DNA of 64,000 nt from Octopus sinensis (Eukaryota): contig NC_043022.1 of assembly GCF_006345805.1 (NCBI RefSeq), forward strand, positions 1,240,001-1,304,000, given 5' to 3'. How positions within the stretch are numbered: the stretch's first letter is position 1; each line of letters opens with the position of its first letter. The position numbers were made by a program, and so were the translations under genes. Under the pieces are notes generated by a model. It was given only the letters and a program-made list of their open reading frames with translations, searched no databases and was not told the origin of the DNA. Below are positions 35,777-49,493 of this stretch, one piece after another.

Positions 35777-37865
35777 GTGAAATAACATGAATTTCAGAAC
35801 ATTTGGTGTTGAAATGCCAATGTGGTGATTAAGAAGCACGTTTTCCATCTCTGTAAGTTTTAGATAGAGTCCACACAGCATGACACCTTGGACATTGTAG
35901 CCGTGAGCCAATGAGATCATTTGAGTGGATTCACTAGACAAACGCGTAATATTTGTGAATGAGCATCAACTGTCTTACAAGCGATGTTATAGGAAACATG
36001 GCAACAGGGTGGACATCTGGCTGTAGAGAAATTTCCCCAACCAGCAACAACCACCATATCTGACCTATGCAACCATGGATAAATGGACGTTCAAACTGTG
36101 ACAATGAATTTGGTCCGCTAAACACTAAATTTGCTTCACCAGCATTCTAGTCTTTCAAACTCCTAGAAGCAGCAGTCAAATTTCCCTCAAATCACATCCT
36201 ACTGTCTGAAAAGAAAAAGATAAGTGAATGATTAGGTCACAACTGGAATATTGTTCGAGTTTCTGTTCAGTTTTTCATTTGTGTTTCACAAAACGGATGC
36301 AACAATTCTAAGAGTTAAACCACACAACTCGGGTATCACTGACCACAAGTTGTATGGAATTCATTAGAGACTTTAAGCAAGATACTAGACAGGGTAAAAC
36401 CAAAGATGGGTATTCCAGTCTTCCGTCTGGTTTTTTTCAATAACTCTTCTGCATGACACGGAGCACAAAATGTGTTCAGAAACTCTCAAGACTTCGTGCT
36501 TTTCAGGTTCTCCATTATAAAAAGTCTAAAAACTGCCAACTCACAAGAGAGTCCTATCTGGAGAGATTGACGCACCAAATCAGTTTCGTCATTAACTTTC
36601 TGAAAAAGATTTTTGAATGAATTTTTACAGGGACAAGTTATCTGAGGGTTGAAGATTAAAATATGTTGGTAGATATGAAGGAGGGGGGGGGGAATGCCAA
36701 GGAACTTTCCAGATCATTCTAGATTTCTGACTTTTTAATTTTCATAAATCAAATTTTGCTGAGAGACGTTTTCGACAGTGAAAATAAAAAAAAACGATAA
36801 CGCTCGCATCATAAAAGAAATGAAAACTTTAAAGTTACGGAAATTAAAAAAGAAAAAAAAAAGGCGGTGGTGGGGGAATTGAGAATTATCTGAACTTCCA
36901 ATTTGTAATCTCCCTCAAAAACTTATTTCAGCAGAGTTTCATTGAAAAATATGCAATTTTCAAAAAGTTATGAAGCAACAAAATTAGAGGAATGAATTTA
37001 TAGTTATATACCCAGGTAAGAATCAGCAAGCTTCTCGCCCTTAAGTCACACTCTTTGTGTTTGGAACAAAACTGACGCTTAGGGTCAGTTATGACTGAAC
37101 AGACTTGTGAACAAAGACCACCAGTAACTCATGGACTAATTTTGTCCTTTTTTCTCCCCCAAGACAGCTGGGTGTGATTTTAAAGACCACGCGACTACAG
37201 ACATGCTGTTTCCTTTCTTATATTTAAAATTAGGTGGTAGTAGCTTAAACTGTGGACACAGATTCCTATAAAGCATTCGAGATGCGGATATATAAGAGAA
37301 GGTACATAGGTTACACATACTATACAAAATAAAAAGGAAAAGGAATAACTATCGGTGGAAGAAAAGAGCAGAGAGGAGATTGGTAGTTCCTCTCCCATTT
37401 TTTTTTTTTTTTGGATGTTCCTGTTTCATACAACGGATATAACGATTCTGAAATTACTTTTCCCTCAATTTAAAAAAAAACCCATTTCCTTCAAAATCTC
37501 GTGCATTTTTTGCCTTCATTTATTCTAAAACAGAAAGGTTGGTAGGTCGTGGTTGGAACCTGCTGGAGCAGAGAGAAAAAGCATCTTGTCCATTATAACG
37601 GAGGACTCAAACACGCAAGCAACCACCCTCTCCCGTTTTCCCCACACCTGGGTAGCCCTTAAAGCTGTAAGGTGTGCTATCCTCCAGAAAGGAGCCGAAA
37701 TTTCCTCAAATCACACCTTGTTTCAAAAAAACATTTAGCTGTTATGTATTCAACAAATGCATTTCCTATGTGGGTAGCCTCTAAAAGCAAATGGTTCGAC
37801 ATGTTGGCGACTCCACACCCAGGCGTTTTTGGCATACTATACTGCATATACACACACACACACAC

Positions 37866-37897
<32 letters not shown>

Positions 37898-38130
37898 TTT
37901 CATGTTACAGCTAAGAGCTGCGGCCATGCTAATGCACCGCCATTTTGTGCTACACTTATTACTAGAAATATATATATGTGTATATATATGACAGCTGATG
38001 AAGGGGAATATTCCTTGTATAGTTTGTCTTGTACTGTTTTTTCGTTGTTAAAAAAAAGTTCGTTTCCTAGTTTGTTTTTTTGTTTTCGTTTCTCGTTGTG
38101 TTCTACGTTTATTTGTGGTGTCCTGTACTC

Positions 38131-38163
<33 letters not shown>

Positions 38164-41100
38164 CATGTATATATATATACATATAGGTGTAGGTACGTAC
38201 ATATATGTACGCATATATATTTATAGTGAGGCCTTCCATCCCGACTGTTTTCATCCATAAACTCATTAGATGCATATTTTGCAAATATTACGTAGAAATA
38301 ATTCTCACGTTTTATAATAAATAAATGTGAATAAAATAAGTGGAGAATGTTTAAATCTATTTGAAAATTGATGGTAATGAAGTTTTGGAGCAGGAGAGAG
38401 GAAGAACACTAATAAAAATAAAAAAAACTTGACCAACACAAATCGTCAACCACACAATCGGAATTTCTGCAAAATCTCATTAACCCCCAACTCCAAAAAA
38501 AAACCCCTCCATGCATTCTTTTCAGAAATGCTGTATGAAAAGGCGAAATCGAAGGTGGACGCAACCAAACTAGTTATGCGCTTGATTTAAAGACAGAATA
38601 CGCGAGATTTTAAAATGATGGTGAAATATATATTAAAAAAAAACCCGGTTGATCGATAAGAGGTTGATCATGTATGGACGGATGGAGGGGGGTAACTACA
38701 AGAGTATCATCGAGTCCGCAGACGATGTAGAGCGAGGGCGCGACAACTTCCTCGTATAATAGGACCAGAGATTCTTCCCGTCCATATATTTTCACTGAGA
38801 GTTTTATATATTATGGATGAAGTATCAAATGCATTAATAAAAATGATCAAATCCTCAGAAAATAACCGTCTTTAGAAGAAAAAAAATCTGAGGGGGGGGA
38901 AAAGAGAGAGGAAGCCATGTTGCGTGTCAAGACTAAGGAAGATTCGAGAGAGAATGGCGAGCCTAGCGAGTGAGTGAGTGAATTAGAGATAGTCGTAACT
39001 GTCGAAACTCCCCCCAAACAGGACGGTTATGGCGAGAGGGCTACAACAGGCGTATTATTTGAATGGTGACATTATATACCAACTGACATTTTGGCAGAGA
39101 AAAACCCTTACGTGGTCATTCGTTTGATACGCTAAAAATAACAGCAAAACCAATTCATCCTCCTGACGAACCCCCATCCGTGTAGACGAGATGGTCAAGG
39201 ATGGAAATGATGCCTTAAAACATGTTTGCTCGATCAAAGCTGTCATACAATTGGTATTTTTAATTATAATTAATAAATTTAAAAAGAAAACCCCAAAAAG
39301 CAAATCTTAGGTCAAGCATTTAAAAAAAAAAAAAATCAAAATATTAAAAACGCTTCCAAATTCAAATCTTTCCGAAATAAAAAGCCTTTTATCATCCCGG
39401 GGGTCGTTGGTGTAGACTGACCCTCCGTCTCCTCTTAAAATTGCAGGCTTTGTGCCTTAATTAGAAAATAATAAAAAGCTACCCCCGGGCAGGATGGGGG
39501 CTTGAGAAGCCAACAAAATGATAGCTGCTAAATTATTAACGAATTAAAAGAGATGGATAGGTTTTCATTCAAAATTTGACCTTTACACAGCAAAAACTTA
39601 AAAAGCCGCAATGACACAAACGATTTAATGAATGAAATGCGGGGGAAGAAGCTTCCATAATACCCAGGTTTGCTGCCCGCATCACTCAGATTTGCTCACC
39701 CCGAATAAAAATGGGGATAATCGCACTAGAATAGATAGAAAGCAGCTTTTAAATAACACTCATACATTTTATATATTTATTCTTCTGCCGGAATGCGGCC
39801 TCCGAGGATTCAAAGAGCAATTTATAATCGACCCTGGGTACTTCATGATATCCATCAATCATTTGAAAAAAATACGTAGAAAGAACGACACAACAGCAGT
39901 TTTAGATTAAACTGAATAGATGGGATGGACACGGATGGAAACTATAGGCAACAACGACTTAGTCGTTATACTCGTAGTATCCCTCCACCTAAAACGTGAT
40001 GGTCACTACTGGAACGCCATTTGATCATTAACGCTGCTTTAATCAGAGCCGAGAGAATACGAGCGAACGCGAGTGCGCCACAGAGCGGTTGCTGGGAAAT
40101 GCTAAACACAGCAGCCAAATCTCTTCTGCTGTCTTTGAAACAAGGAATGGCTTATTGGGATGTGGCTAAACAACAACGATATCGATTTAAAACAAGTCTC
40201 ATGGAATTGACTGAGCAGCAGATTCGATGTATATATTATTAGTGGGAAGGAAATGGAAGGAAACAGTGGGATTAATAATAGTAATAATGGCAGTCTGAGA
40301 TTACACATCATGTCTAAATAACTGGACTGGTAAAAATGCCTGCCTTTGAGCTTTGCTTTAGAGGTGTCTGTTGTACAGATTTTATTCAGGTTCGGGGCCA
40401 AACAATACGGTATCGACTACTAAAAACTATATAAGCCGAAGAAAACGACTGCTGAGCAGCAGTAATAATGTCTGTGGTGGGTTTGCATGAAGGAAGATGT
40501 TGGTGACTAAATAATGGTAATATTGTAGAGTAAGCAACATGGCGTCGTGTTCAGTAGATTCTAGAACTTTAGGTGGGAGGGGGGGGGGAAGCATTACCGA
40601 TATTTCTTTCTTTCTTAAAACCGACGACGGCAGCGTATTTCGAAGGTACATAACATTTGTATAATGAAATAATTGAATATTTCTATGTCTATTAAAACGA
40701 TAGAAATGTATTTAAGCAAAAAAAAATTGATACGAAAAAAGAAAAAAAATCTAATTACAAAGAGTTAATTTCATTAGAATTCAAGTCATCAGGACATGGA
40801 AACGGTTTTAGAATTTCTTTTTGGCATATAATGTAAGATATTCTAGCGATAAAATATCTTTCTACTACATAATTTTCAAAACGCGCTATATATAGCTTGA
40901 CCTATGACCAAAAGGTTTCCAGTCGTAACCACACCGCCTCTCTTCATTTCAGAAACGAAGGACATTATTCAATGATAGATCGGGATGATATTTGATTGCT
41001 AATTAACTAGAGGGAGCAGACATATGCGAAGATGTTCCAAACGTGGCCACCCTGTCACTTTATAAAAGTGTACTCAATGAATTTAGCTATTTCTAGCATT

Positions 41101-44100
41101 CCCTAATAACTACGTAGACGCAATTATTCGCAAGCATGCACACACACACACACACACGTATACGGCATAACTACACTTTGGTGCCCCACGGATTTTCTTT
41201 ATAGTACAGGTTTTTAAATGAAAATTCGCAGAGATGACCTTTCGAGAGTGTAAATTCCGATCGTGTTATAACATTAAGACAATATTTTGGATAAGTTTCG
41301 GACCACTCTACTACCAGGCCCCTGTTCCGACTGTGATCTTCAAACCACTTAAATACATTAAAAAAAATGCACGTTTCACTAAGTTACTAAGAAACAAAAG
41401 CCAAGAAAGGACACCAAATTGTTGTCTATTATAGAATCAGTCCCCTTTTCCGCATCTATGATGGAAGAACTAATAGTTATAAGAAATAACGGCACATTTT
41501 CACCCAACATCCATTATCATCAAACCATGAAAAAAGAGAAGGGAAGAAATGGGGAAACTACGTGGTCACACGACGACCAGCTAGAAATAGGCGCCAAAAT
41601 TATCTTTAGACCACACCCTAAGTTTCAGGAGACGATCGTTAAGATACTGGATTGATTAATCACGGTTAATTGAATAAATTGCCGGTTGTTAATTATGTAT
41701 GTGTATAGCCATTGTACAATGCTAATTACAATTTACTTTTTAATACGATTCCTATTCCATTTTATCAAACAGTCAGAAGATGGAGAGGCTGCGGCAGCTT
41801 CGCATCGTCTCTCGCCAGACAATGACGGTTGGCGCGCAAGAACCAATGAGGAGGCTTCTGTGTGTCACTAAACCAAGCTAGAAACAACAGTCCACATCGC
41901 ACCTCATATGACATCCTGCAGTCGAGGAATAACGGGAAAATTACGTCATGGTAGTTACAGTAGCAAATATATATATTGACAATGAGGAAGGGAAGGTCAC
42001 TGGAATGTCTCATGATCATGATGTTTAACCCTAGGTCGGCTTTGGAACTTGACCAGAGGTTAAACAAGCAATGGTTGGATGCGGTGATAGTTTTGGAAGC
42101 ACCATACTAATGTGATTTTCACCTTTCCTTAATTTAAATACCTGAAAGACCATTTCATAACGGTACATTTTCTGAAACAAGCCATTTTAGCAATTTAATC
42201 CCCATGAAAGGCACACAAAGGGCTGTTACAAGATGCATGTTTTAATAATACGTATTGTGTATTTTACATATGTTCACAATATGTAGACACGCATAAACAC
42301 ACCTATATCATACGCCAAGATATATATATACATACACACTTATTTGAAGCTAGGCATTATATCTACATTAGGAACTGCATAGAAACCATGCCAAAACTGA
42401 TTGACACATCGAAGCACGATGCAATCCACCTTCTCAGAACCGCTTAACTCTTGCCAGCATGGGAAGTGGACATATATGTAACTATTATCTATGTAAATGC
42501 ATATACATCGATTCAAAAACATGTATATACATTGCTACATTGGCAGCCATTTGTACTCGCAAGAAGAATGCAAACGCTGCGATAAAAAGTCACGTGTCTC
42601 ACGAATGTAGTTTGCTCAGACATGGAACTCGAGTTGTTGCCTTTACAAAGACTATTCGAATATCCAAAGGTTTAAATATTACACCAGCCACACACACAAA
42701 CAATGGAAGCAGCTCACATTAGGCTTTGCTCTTTTGAAATCTCATCTAAAATAAAACACTGACGCAGAAGAAAATAAGTGGCGAAGCCTCGTGGGTGTAA
42801 GCTAGTTGTGGTGGATTCGTTGGTGCTGCTGGGAGACTGACATTAAAACTGATAGATGTGACTATAAGTAATTGCCCTGATGCGTGCGTGTAAGAAAGAT
42901 GAGGCTTTTCAAAATTAATTACAAGCGTTTTTGCACTCTTATCCTGATTGACTTTTTCCAGTTTACCATGAAGTAAAAGGGAGGCGTCATCAATGATCTT
43001 AGTTTAGCTGAAATATTGTGAATTCTTTCTTTTTAACTATTTCATCCATCTTGGGAGACGGTTATGATAGGAAAAATTTACCGGAATAGAAAGAGCGAAA
43101 GCAGAAAAAAACTATAGAAGCAAAAGAATTATTCAATTCGTTGCTCTTGCTCCCTTTTTTTAGGAGGTAAAAGATAGCTATTCAGAAAGTCACACAAGAT
43201 TACCCCACAAAATGGTTTAAACAGAATTTAAGGTGTTAAACTGGGCGACGTTTTACTTGGACCACACAAAAAACTGATCGATGATTCGATGCAAATATCA
43301 TCGCAAGGTACCTTTGCCAACGATTGCACAATTCACCAGCATAAAAGAAAGAACAAGACCAGAAATCTGGAGGTGGGTAATCGATCATATCGACCACAAT
43401 ACATGACTGGCACTTTAAATTTTATAGAAGTTATAACAAAATCAAAGCTGACACCGGCAGGGTTTGAACCCAGAATCTCAAGAGAGCCGGCCGAAATATC
43501 TCAGACGTTCTAACCACTTTACCAATCCATTCATGAAATAACAGTAGTTTCTAATTTTGGGCAAAAAGACCAGCAATTTTGAAGTGTTTGAAATAATGGT
43601 AATAAATAAGAAAACAAGTATGTTTTTTTTTTAAATTCAAAACATTTATTTTCTTTTTAACCGATAGATAGCAGCTGACAATTACTCGACTATGTAAGGT
43701 ATTTTATATGTGTGTGTGTATGGTGTGTGTGTGTGTGTGGAACAACTTAACGGACGAGACTTAGTTGTTGGATGTGGCCCATCAATGTAAGGCAATTCCT
43801 GTGGAATTAGAGTCGGAAATTAATGAGCCTAAAACATTAAACCTCGGATATGAGTTTTTTTAAGCCCCCCCCCCCCGGATACCGTAGATTACTATTTAGG
43901 AAGGAAAAAAGAACTTGACCACTTCCAGCAATTTATCCGATTCTACTTGAAAATATTTCCAGAGTGTTTTTAGCAATTTGGAGATGAGGATTCTCCAAAA
44001 ATGTTAAACTTTAAGGAATAAAGATCTTAAATTACTTTAGAATCACGATATATATATATATATATATACATACATACATGTCCTTAGAGACTCCTGGTAT

Positions 44101-45894
44101 TTTAATTTCCGACTCTATTCTCCATGAACGCCTATTCATATAGAATGGAGAGGGGGAGAGAGGGAGAAAGGGAAGTTTAAAGAGCAATTGACAGAGTTTG
44201 TGAAAAATAGTCTTTGGTTTCAAGTTTGAGGTAATTTTTTTTTGATTACAAACTAAATAGGGAAAATATAAAATATTGCAAAGTAATGAAATGGAGGGGA
44301 GGGGAAAAAATAATAATAATAAAGGTCAAGATATTTACTTAAAGAAGTGAATAATACATTTGTTGTAAAAAGAAATTTTAAAGCATTTCGACCATTTAAA
44401 GGCGAATGATTTGGTTTATACAGAAATTTGAGAGAACAAGACAAAAAAAAAAAGTAACTGTGTGCTTTCATGACCGAAATGTTAGGTTTTTCTTCTTTTG
44501 AATGTATTTTAATATTAACTTAGCCATTTTTCACAGATGCTTTCAGCAGCAGTAAAGTGTCTTTTTAGGAATAAAAGGGAAAAATATGGTGGGATTCTCT
44601 TCTTCCTTGTTACCTTTTGTTTTTGTTAATAATGAAGTCTCTTAGTTAAAAAAAAAGAAAGAAAGAAAAAAGGACAATTTTGTTTTAGGAAGGAAACCGG
44701 TAAGTTGAAAGTGGGGAAGTCAAGTGGATGCATTTAGACAATTATAGTTTCATTCACTTCTAGGATGTGATTTATTATATAGGACAGGATTATTGTAATT
44801 GGAGCTAATTGCTTTGATTCTGCAAACCTACTTAAATGTATTGTAAGTAAAAAGCAAGCGGCATATTCTTGTTTTAATGTCAGAAAAAGTAGAAATATTG
44901 GTTGTTTAATTAAAAACATGAGGCATGTGTGTGTTGGTTTTTTTTTCCTTTTTCTATATCCATTTTATTCAAAGGCGTCACAGCATTTTTGGGGCATATT
45001 TTTTTTCTTTTTGGTTTCCTTACAGAAATAAAAAAAAAAAAAACATATTTCGAAAAAGAAATAGTTTAGATTTTTTTTTTAATGCTCAGTAAAGAAAAGA
45101 AAAAAACATTAAGGCATATTTAAATTGAAAATTAAAATAAGAAAATATAATAATAGAGCGATTACAGAAAAGAGAGAAGAGAAGAGAGAGTCTGGTATGT
45201 TTGTGTTCTTTTTTCTTTTGGTTCAGAAATAATCAAAGAAAAAGAAAAGGAAGTTTATAAAGCAGACCCACCACCAACTATTTAACTACCACATGCAAAC
45301 CTGCCCGGGTATATTTTTGGTTTAGGAACAACAAAAAGGGTCTCCTCTTCGTTTAGACATGGCCTTTTACTATGTAAAATGTATTTTGTGTTTGTATGAA
45401 GTGTTTTAAATTGGAAAAAGTACCTGCAAGGAAGGAAGAACAGAAGGAGTCCGTGTATATATATATATATGGTATATATTCCACATACACGTCAATTAGA
45501 GGCCAGAGTACCTGCAAGGAAGGAGGGTAGGTAGATAGCTAGGCATGTAGGTATATAATGAATATTTAACATATATATATATTGACCCATTGAAGGTTTA
45601 GTGTTGACCGGAAAAGTTCTTACCGTAGTAGCAAGAATAATAAAGTAGCAAGAGTACAAGAGCTGAAGAATCCTTTCTTTGGAACGGATTTTATTTATTT
45701 TTTTTTTTTGAAGGTATTTTTTTTAATGTATTTTTTCCATTTCTTGCTCCTTTAATCAGAATCAGAGTTCATTAATTACATCGTTTTTCAGAACATTTCC
45801 TTTTCTTTTCTTTTTCAAAAAATTCCTCATTTATTCGTTCTGAAGTTTGATGACAGAAGAAAAATATAATATATATATATAATATATATATATA

Positions 45895-45938
<44 letters not shown>

Positions 45939-47504
45939 TTTCGCATTAAGTTCCTTCCAGTGGATGTTGTATTTCTTGCGGCTAGGTCCAATTAAGGAGA
46001 GAAAGAGGAAACCAAAATGTGGTGGAGGAGGTCCGAGCAGTTTAAGCTTTGTGGATGATGGAAAAAGAAAACAAAATTAAAATATTAAACTAATATGTAA
46101 TTAATACATATATATCTTTATATAGATATAGGGTGTTATTCCTTTTTACACAATTAATCATGTTCGAACCTGATGCCAAACGGAATGAATGAATGCGTCG
46201 TCATTTTTGGGTAAAAAAAAAATTTTTTTTCCTTTTTTTTTGTTTCCATGATCCTTGGTTCAATTCTTCTGGAAGTATTTTTTTTTTTGTATTTCCACAT
46301 TTGTAGCAAAATTTTCTTTTTAGATATTTTTTGTTCTTTCTTTTTTTTTTTATTTGTCATTACTAAACTGGGAAAGTGTTCGTGTTTTTTTTATTGTCTT
46401 AAGTAGAAGAAGATAGGGCAATCCGATCGCTCACAGATGCGTAAAACTAATTAATAATATATTAAAGAGCTAACAAGCACTAATTGGAGAAAAAGAACAA
46501 AAATAAAAGGGGGGGGAGAAAAAAAAAAGCCGGTCGGTGGTCGAAGAAAAAGGCCCTTGTTAATAACTTTTATATATGTGTCATTCCTTGTGTGCCTTAA
46601 ACATTTATTTGGGGGTCATTTCGCCACTAAAGAAACACAGATGGAGTTAAGATGACCAATTAATTGTTCGCTAATTAAGTATTAAGGGAAAAAAAAAATA
46701 GCGAACAACTATTCCTCCCACTGCATACCTATGCAATTTATATGTATAGGTAGGTAATTAAGGGAGTGGGGGAAAAAAAAAAGGGGCCATTGCTGTAAAT
46801 ACATATAAATAATGATGTACAATTTGGAAGCTGTGGAAGAAACCCATTTTGAAATGTCTTTTTTTCTTTTTTATTTCGCAGGCGTGGGAAGATCTTGATG
46901 ATGGGGGGGGGGAAGTCTCTTGAATTCTGTAGAACTGTGCTAGACATAGAATAATATATATTTACCATTCCCTGCTCCCACCCTGGGTCTAATTGCGTCT
47001 AAACTTGCAAGGTGAAAAGTTTATATATATTTATATAATTATTGTATATATATATGTGTATAAGTAATTAATTAGCTTAATTTGGCTGGCGTGGTTGGTT
47101 GGTTGGTTGGCTGTGAAGTTATTGGGAGAAAAATTAGAAAACATTTTTTCTTTTTTTTGTTGTTCTTGTTTCAATTGTTTTAACCCCTTTTTTTGATTTT
47201 TTTTTTTGAAGTAATATGTAATATATATATTATCAGACAGCATTCATCATTATTATTTTTATCTTCTTCGGTCATATCACGATCCTTTTCTTAAAACAAA
47301 CGATAGAAAGATAGATAGAACAGGAGAGGAGAGGAGGGTGGTGGGTATGGGTGGTTGGGCGGGTGGGTACGAGAGAAAGGAAGGAAGGAAGGAGAGAAAA
47401 AAATTTTTGGTTTCAAGAGATAAAGAAAGGGTGGGTGGGGTGGGGATGGGGAGAGAGAGGGGGGATATATAATAATAAAACAAAAAAAAAAAATCAAAAT
47501 CAAA

Positions 47505-47903
47505 TCAATAGTCACAGTGTTCTAGATGGGACATCGTTTTATGCAGCGCTTCGTTGACTTTTCCGGTCGAGCCACCTTCCTTACAGTGAGCAACGATGAT
47601 CGACTTCTCCGACCATTGAATACTCAAGCTACCTTGTCCACCTTTTTTGCAGAATAAAAATCTGTCGTCCTTTCGTATGAAATTGTATTTCTCACCGCAC
47701 ATTGTAACTCCAGTGCTTGACAAAGTATCGTTCTGTTGATCGTTTATAGAACTGGCAAATTTTGAAGCTTCTTCGGGTGAAATATTCAACACATTATCCT
47801 GGCTGGTCGTCCAAATCGTACCGTCTCGGCCTAAAATACATCCTTTGTCGCAGTCCCCACAACTTTTCTGAATAGTTTTTACATAATCATTCCAGCTCGC
47901 CAT
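47505..47903 (-). CDS. PFN: Profilin (actin-monomer/poly-L-proline-binding protein), 132 aa, single coding exon
   Basis: ORF MASWNDYVK...GRDGTIWTTS...GEKYNFIRKDDRFLFCKKGGQGSLSIQWSEKSIIVAH...TMSHLEHCDY shows the profilin motifs. Poly-proline-site residues W4, Y7, W31, H126, L127 and Y132 are present. Good Kozak context (ccaaagATGG). The specific paralog cannot be assigned. Confidence 0.95.
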   Translation of the reverse strand: MASWNDYVKTIQKSCGDCDKGCILGRDGTIWTTSQDNVLNISPEEASKFASSINDQQNDTLSSTGVTMCGEKYNFIRKDDRFLFCKKGGQGSLSIQWSEKSIIVAHCKEGGSTGKVNEALHKTMSHLEHCDY

Positions 47904-48183
47904 CTTTGGTTATTATATCTATGAATTATTATTATTGAATATTTGGTATTATTTTTTGGCACCCCTGGATTGAGGTAGGTAGGTGGTGATATCGACAAGA
48001 AAATCTGTTTTTCCCACAGGAGGTACAAGACTATCACTCTTGCTTGTTTGCCGGGGGTTATTAGACATATATCTCCCTCAGTAGGATATTTCTATATATA
48101 TATATTTATATATATATCCACTGTATATAAGCTTTATCATGCAATACGCCACACAGCCTATACGGTTGCCAGCAGAGATCTGA

Positions 48184-48218
48184 GACTGAGCGACTCTCGC
48201 AGCTGGCCTTTATATATA
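48184..48218 (-). promoter_or_regulatory. Core promoter of profilin: TATA box plus initiator (predicted TSS about 48187)
   Basis: Minus strand reads TATATATAAAGG (48218-48207), then TCAGTC (48189-48184), an exact TCAKTY initiator. The TATA box lies at about -31 to -29 from the initiator A, 284 nt upstream of the ATG. Confidence 0.7.
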
Positions 48219-48309
48219 CTCATACACATACATACGTATACACACATCAACACATAACCATACACACATTCACACACACACGGTGGCACAAGTGTACACG
48301 CACGCTCAA

Positions 48310-48475
48310 ATCGTCCAATCAGAGAAGAGATAAACAGGAAACTGGTTGTGTCCCTTCACCCCTTTTTATTGCATTTTTCATCCATAAGATGTCGCGAGTG
48401 GCAGCCTCCTCATCCTTCCATTGTTTTATCAACAGACATCTTCACTCAGATGTATGACGTCACCAATAACGTGAT
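48310..48475. promoter_or_regulatory. Putative proximal promoter elements (CCAAT boxes, CRE, ETS-like site)
   Basis: CCAAT at 48315 and 48463, palindromic TGACGTCA at 48455-48462, and CAGGAAAC near 48336. All lie within 300 bp upstream of the predicted TSS. Motif match only. Confidence 0.4.
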
Positions 48476-48589
48476 CTTTCTTCTTCAGTGTTAAGTCTTC
48501 CTCCGCCCCCCCACACCCGGTTAATTTATTCATTTCTTCTCCTTCCTCTCTTTTATCTTTGTCTCTCTCTCTTTGGCACAGATTTTTTT

Positions 48590-48686
48590 CTATATTTTAT
48601 TTAATAGCCATTCCACAGCATCACACTCACATATAACATACACACACATTTATATATCTATATGTGTGTGTGTTATATATGTGTTT

Positions 48687-48717
<31 letters not shown>

Positions 48718-49160
48718 TATATATGTGTTATATATATATATATATGTGTGTGTGTATATATATATATATGTGTGTGTGTTATTGTGTTATATATATATAT
48801 GTGTGTGTGTGTTATTGTGTTATATATATATATATATATATATATATAACCACATATACAACACAAACATATTGAACATACATATATGTATAACACACAG
48901 ACACACATGTTCAACAAACGAAATAAGTATTAGAAATTAGTGACGACATTAAACTAAAGGGATATGATAGTAATTTTTAATTAACAAAACTAAATTAGGG
49001 TGGTATTTATTTAGAACAATATATAATTAAATATATATAAATATACATTATATGTAATATGATGATGATATACATATATATATTATGTGTGTATATATAT
49101 ATACATATATATATATATGTGTGTGTGTGTATATACATATATACCTACATACATACATGT
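48590..49160. repeat. Compound (TA)n/(TG)n microsatellites upstream of profilin
   Basis: Directly visible dinucleotide tracts. Confidence 0.85.
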
Positions 49161-49493
49161 ATAGAAGCCGGTTTGTATTTCTGTTCATCATGCAACATGT
49201 AAAATAATTAAACTGCGGTGTCTTTAAAGGGGAAATCCGTGTATTGCAGTGAACAGTATATAAAGCCTTGCAATTTAGTGACATGACATTAAATACCACC
49301 CAAAATAAAATCATAATAAACTAATAAATGTTATTAATTAGTAAAGCAATTAAGATGCTGTTTGTTTGGAGCCCTGACACATCAGACATATCAAGCCGTG
49401 ACCATCCCGTCTTTGACATCCAAAGTGTCCTTACTTTGTAAGATATATATAATATACATTTATATTTTTGGTTTTCAAGACGGTAGTGTAGAG

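Noticed and set aside
47505-47507. Profilin TGA as selenocysteine or read-through
   Set aside because: The stop falls at the normal profilin C-terminal Tyr and is followed by low-complexity U-rich sequence; no SECIS was recognised.
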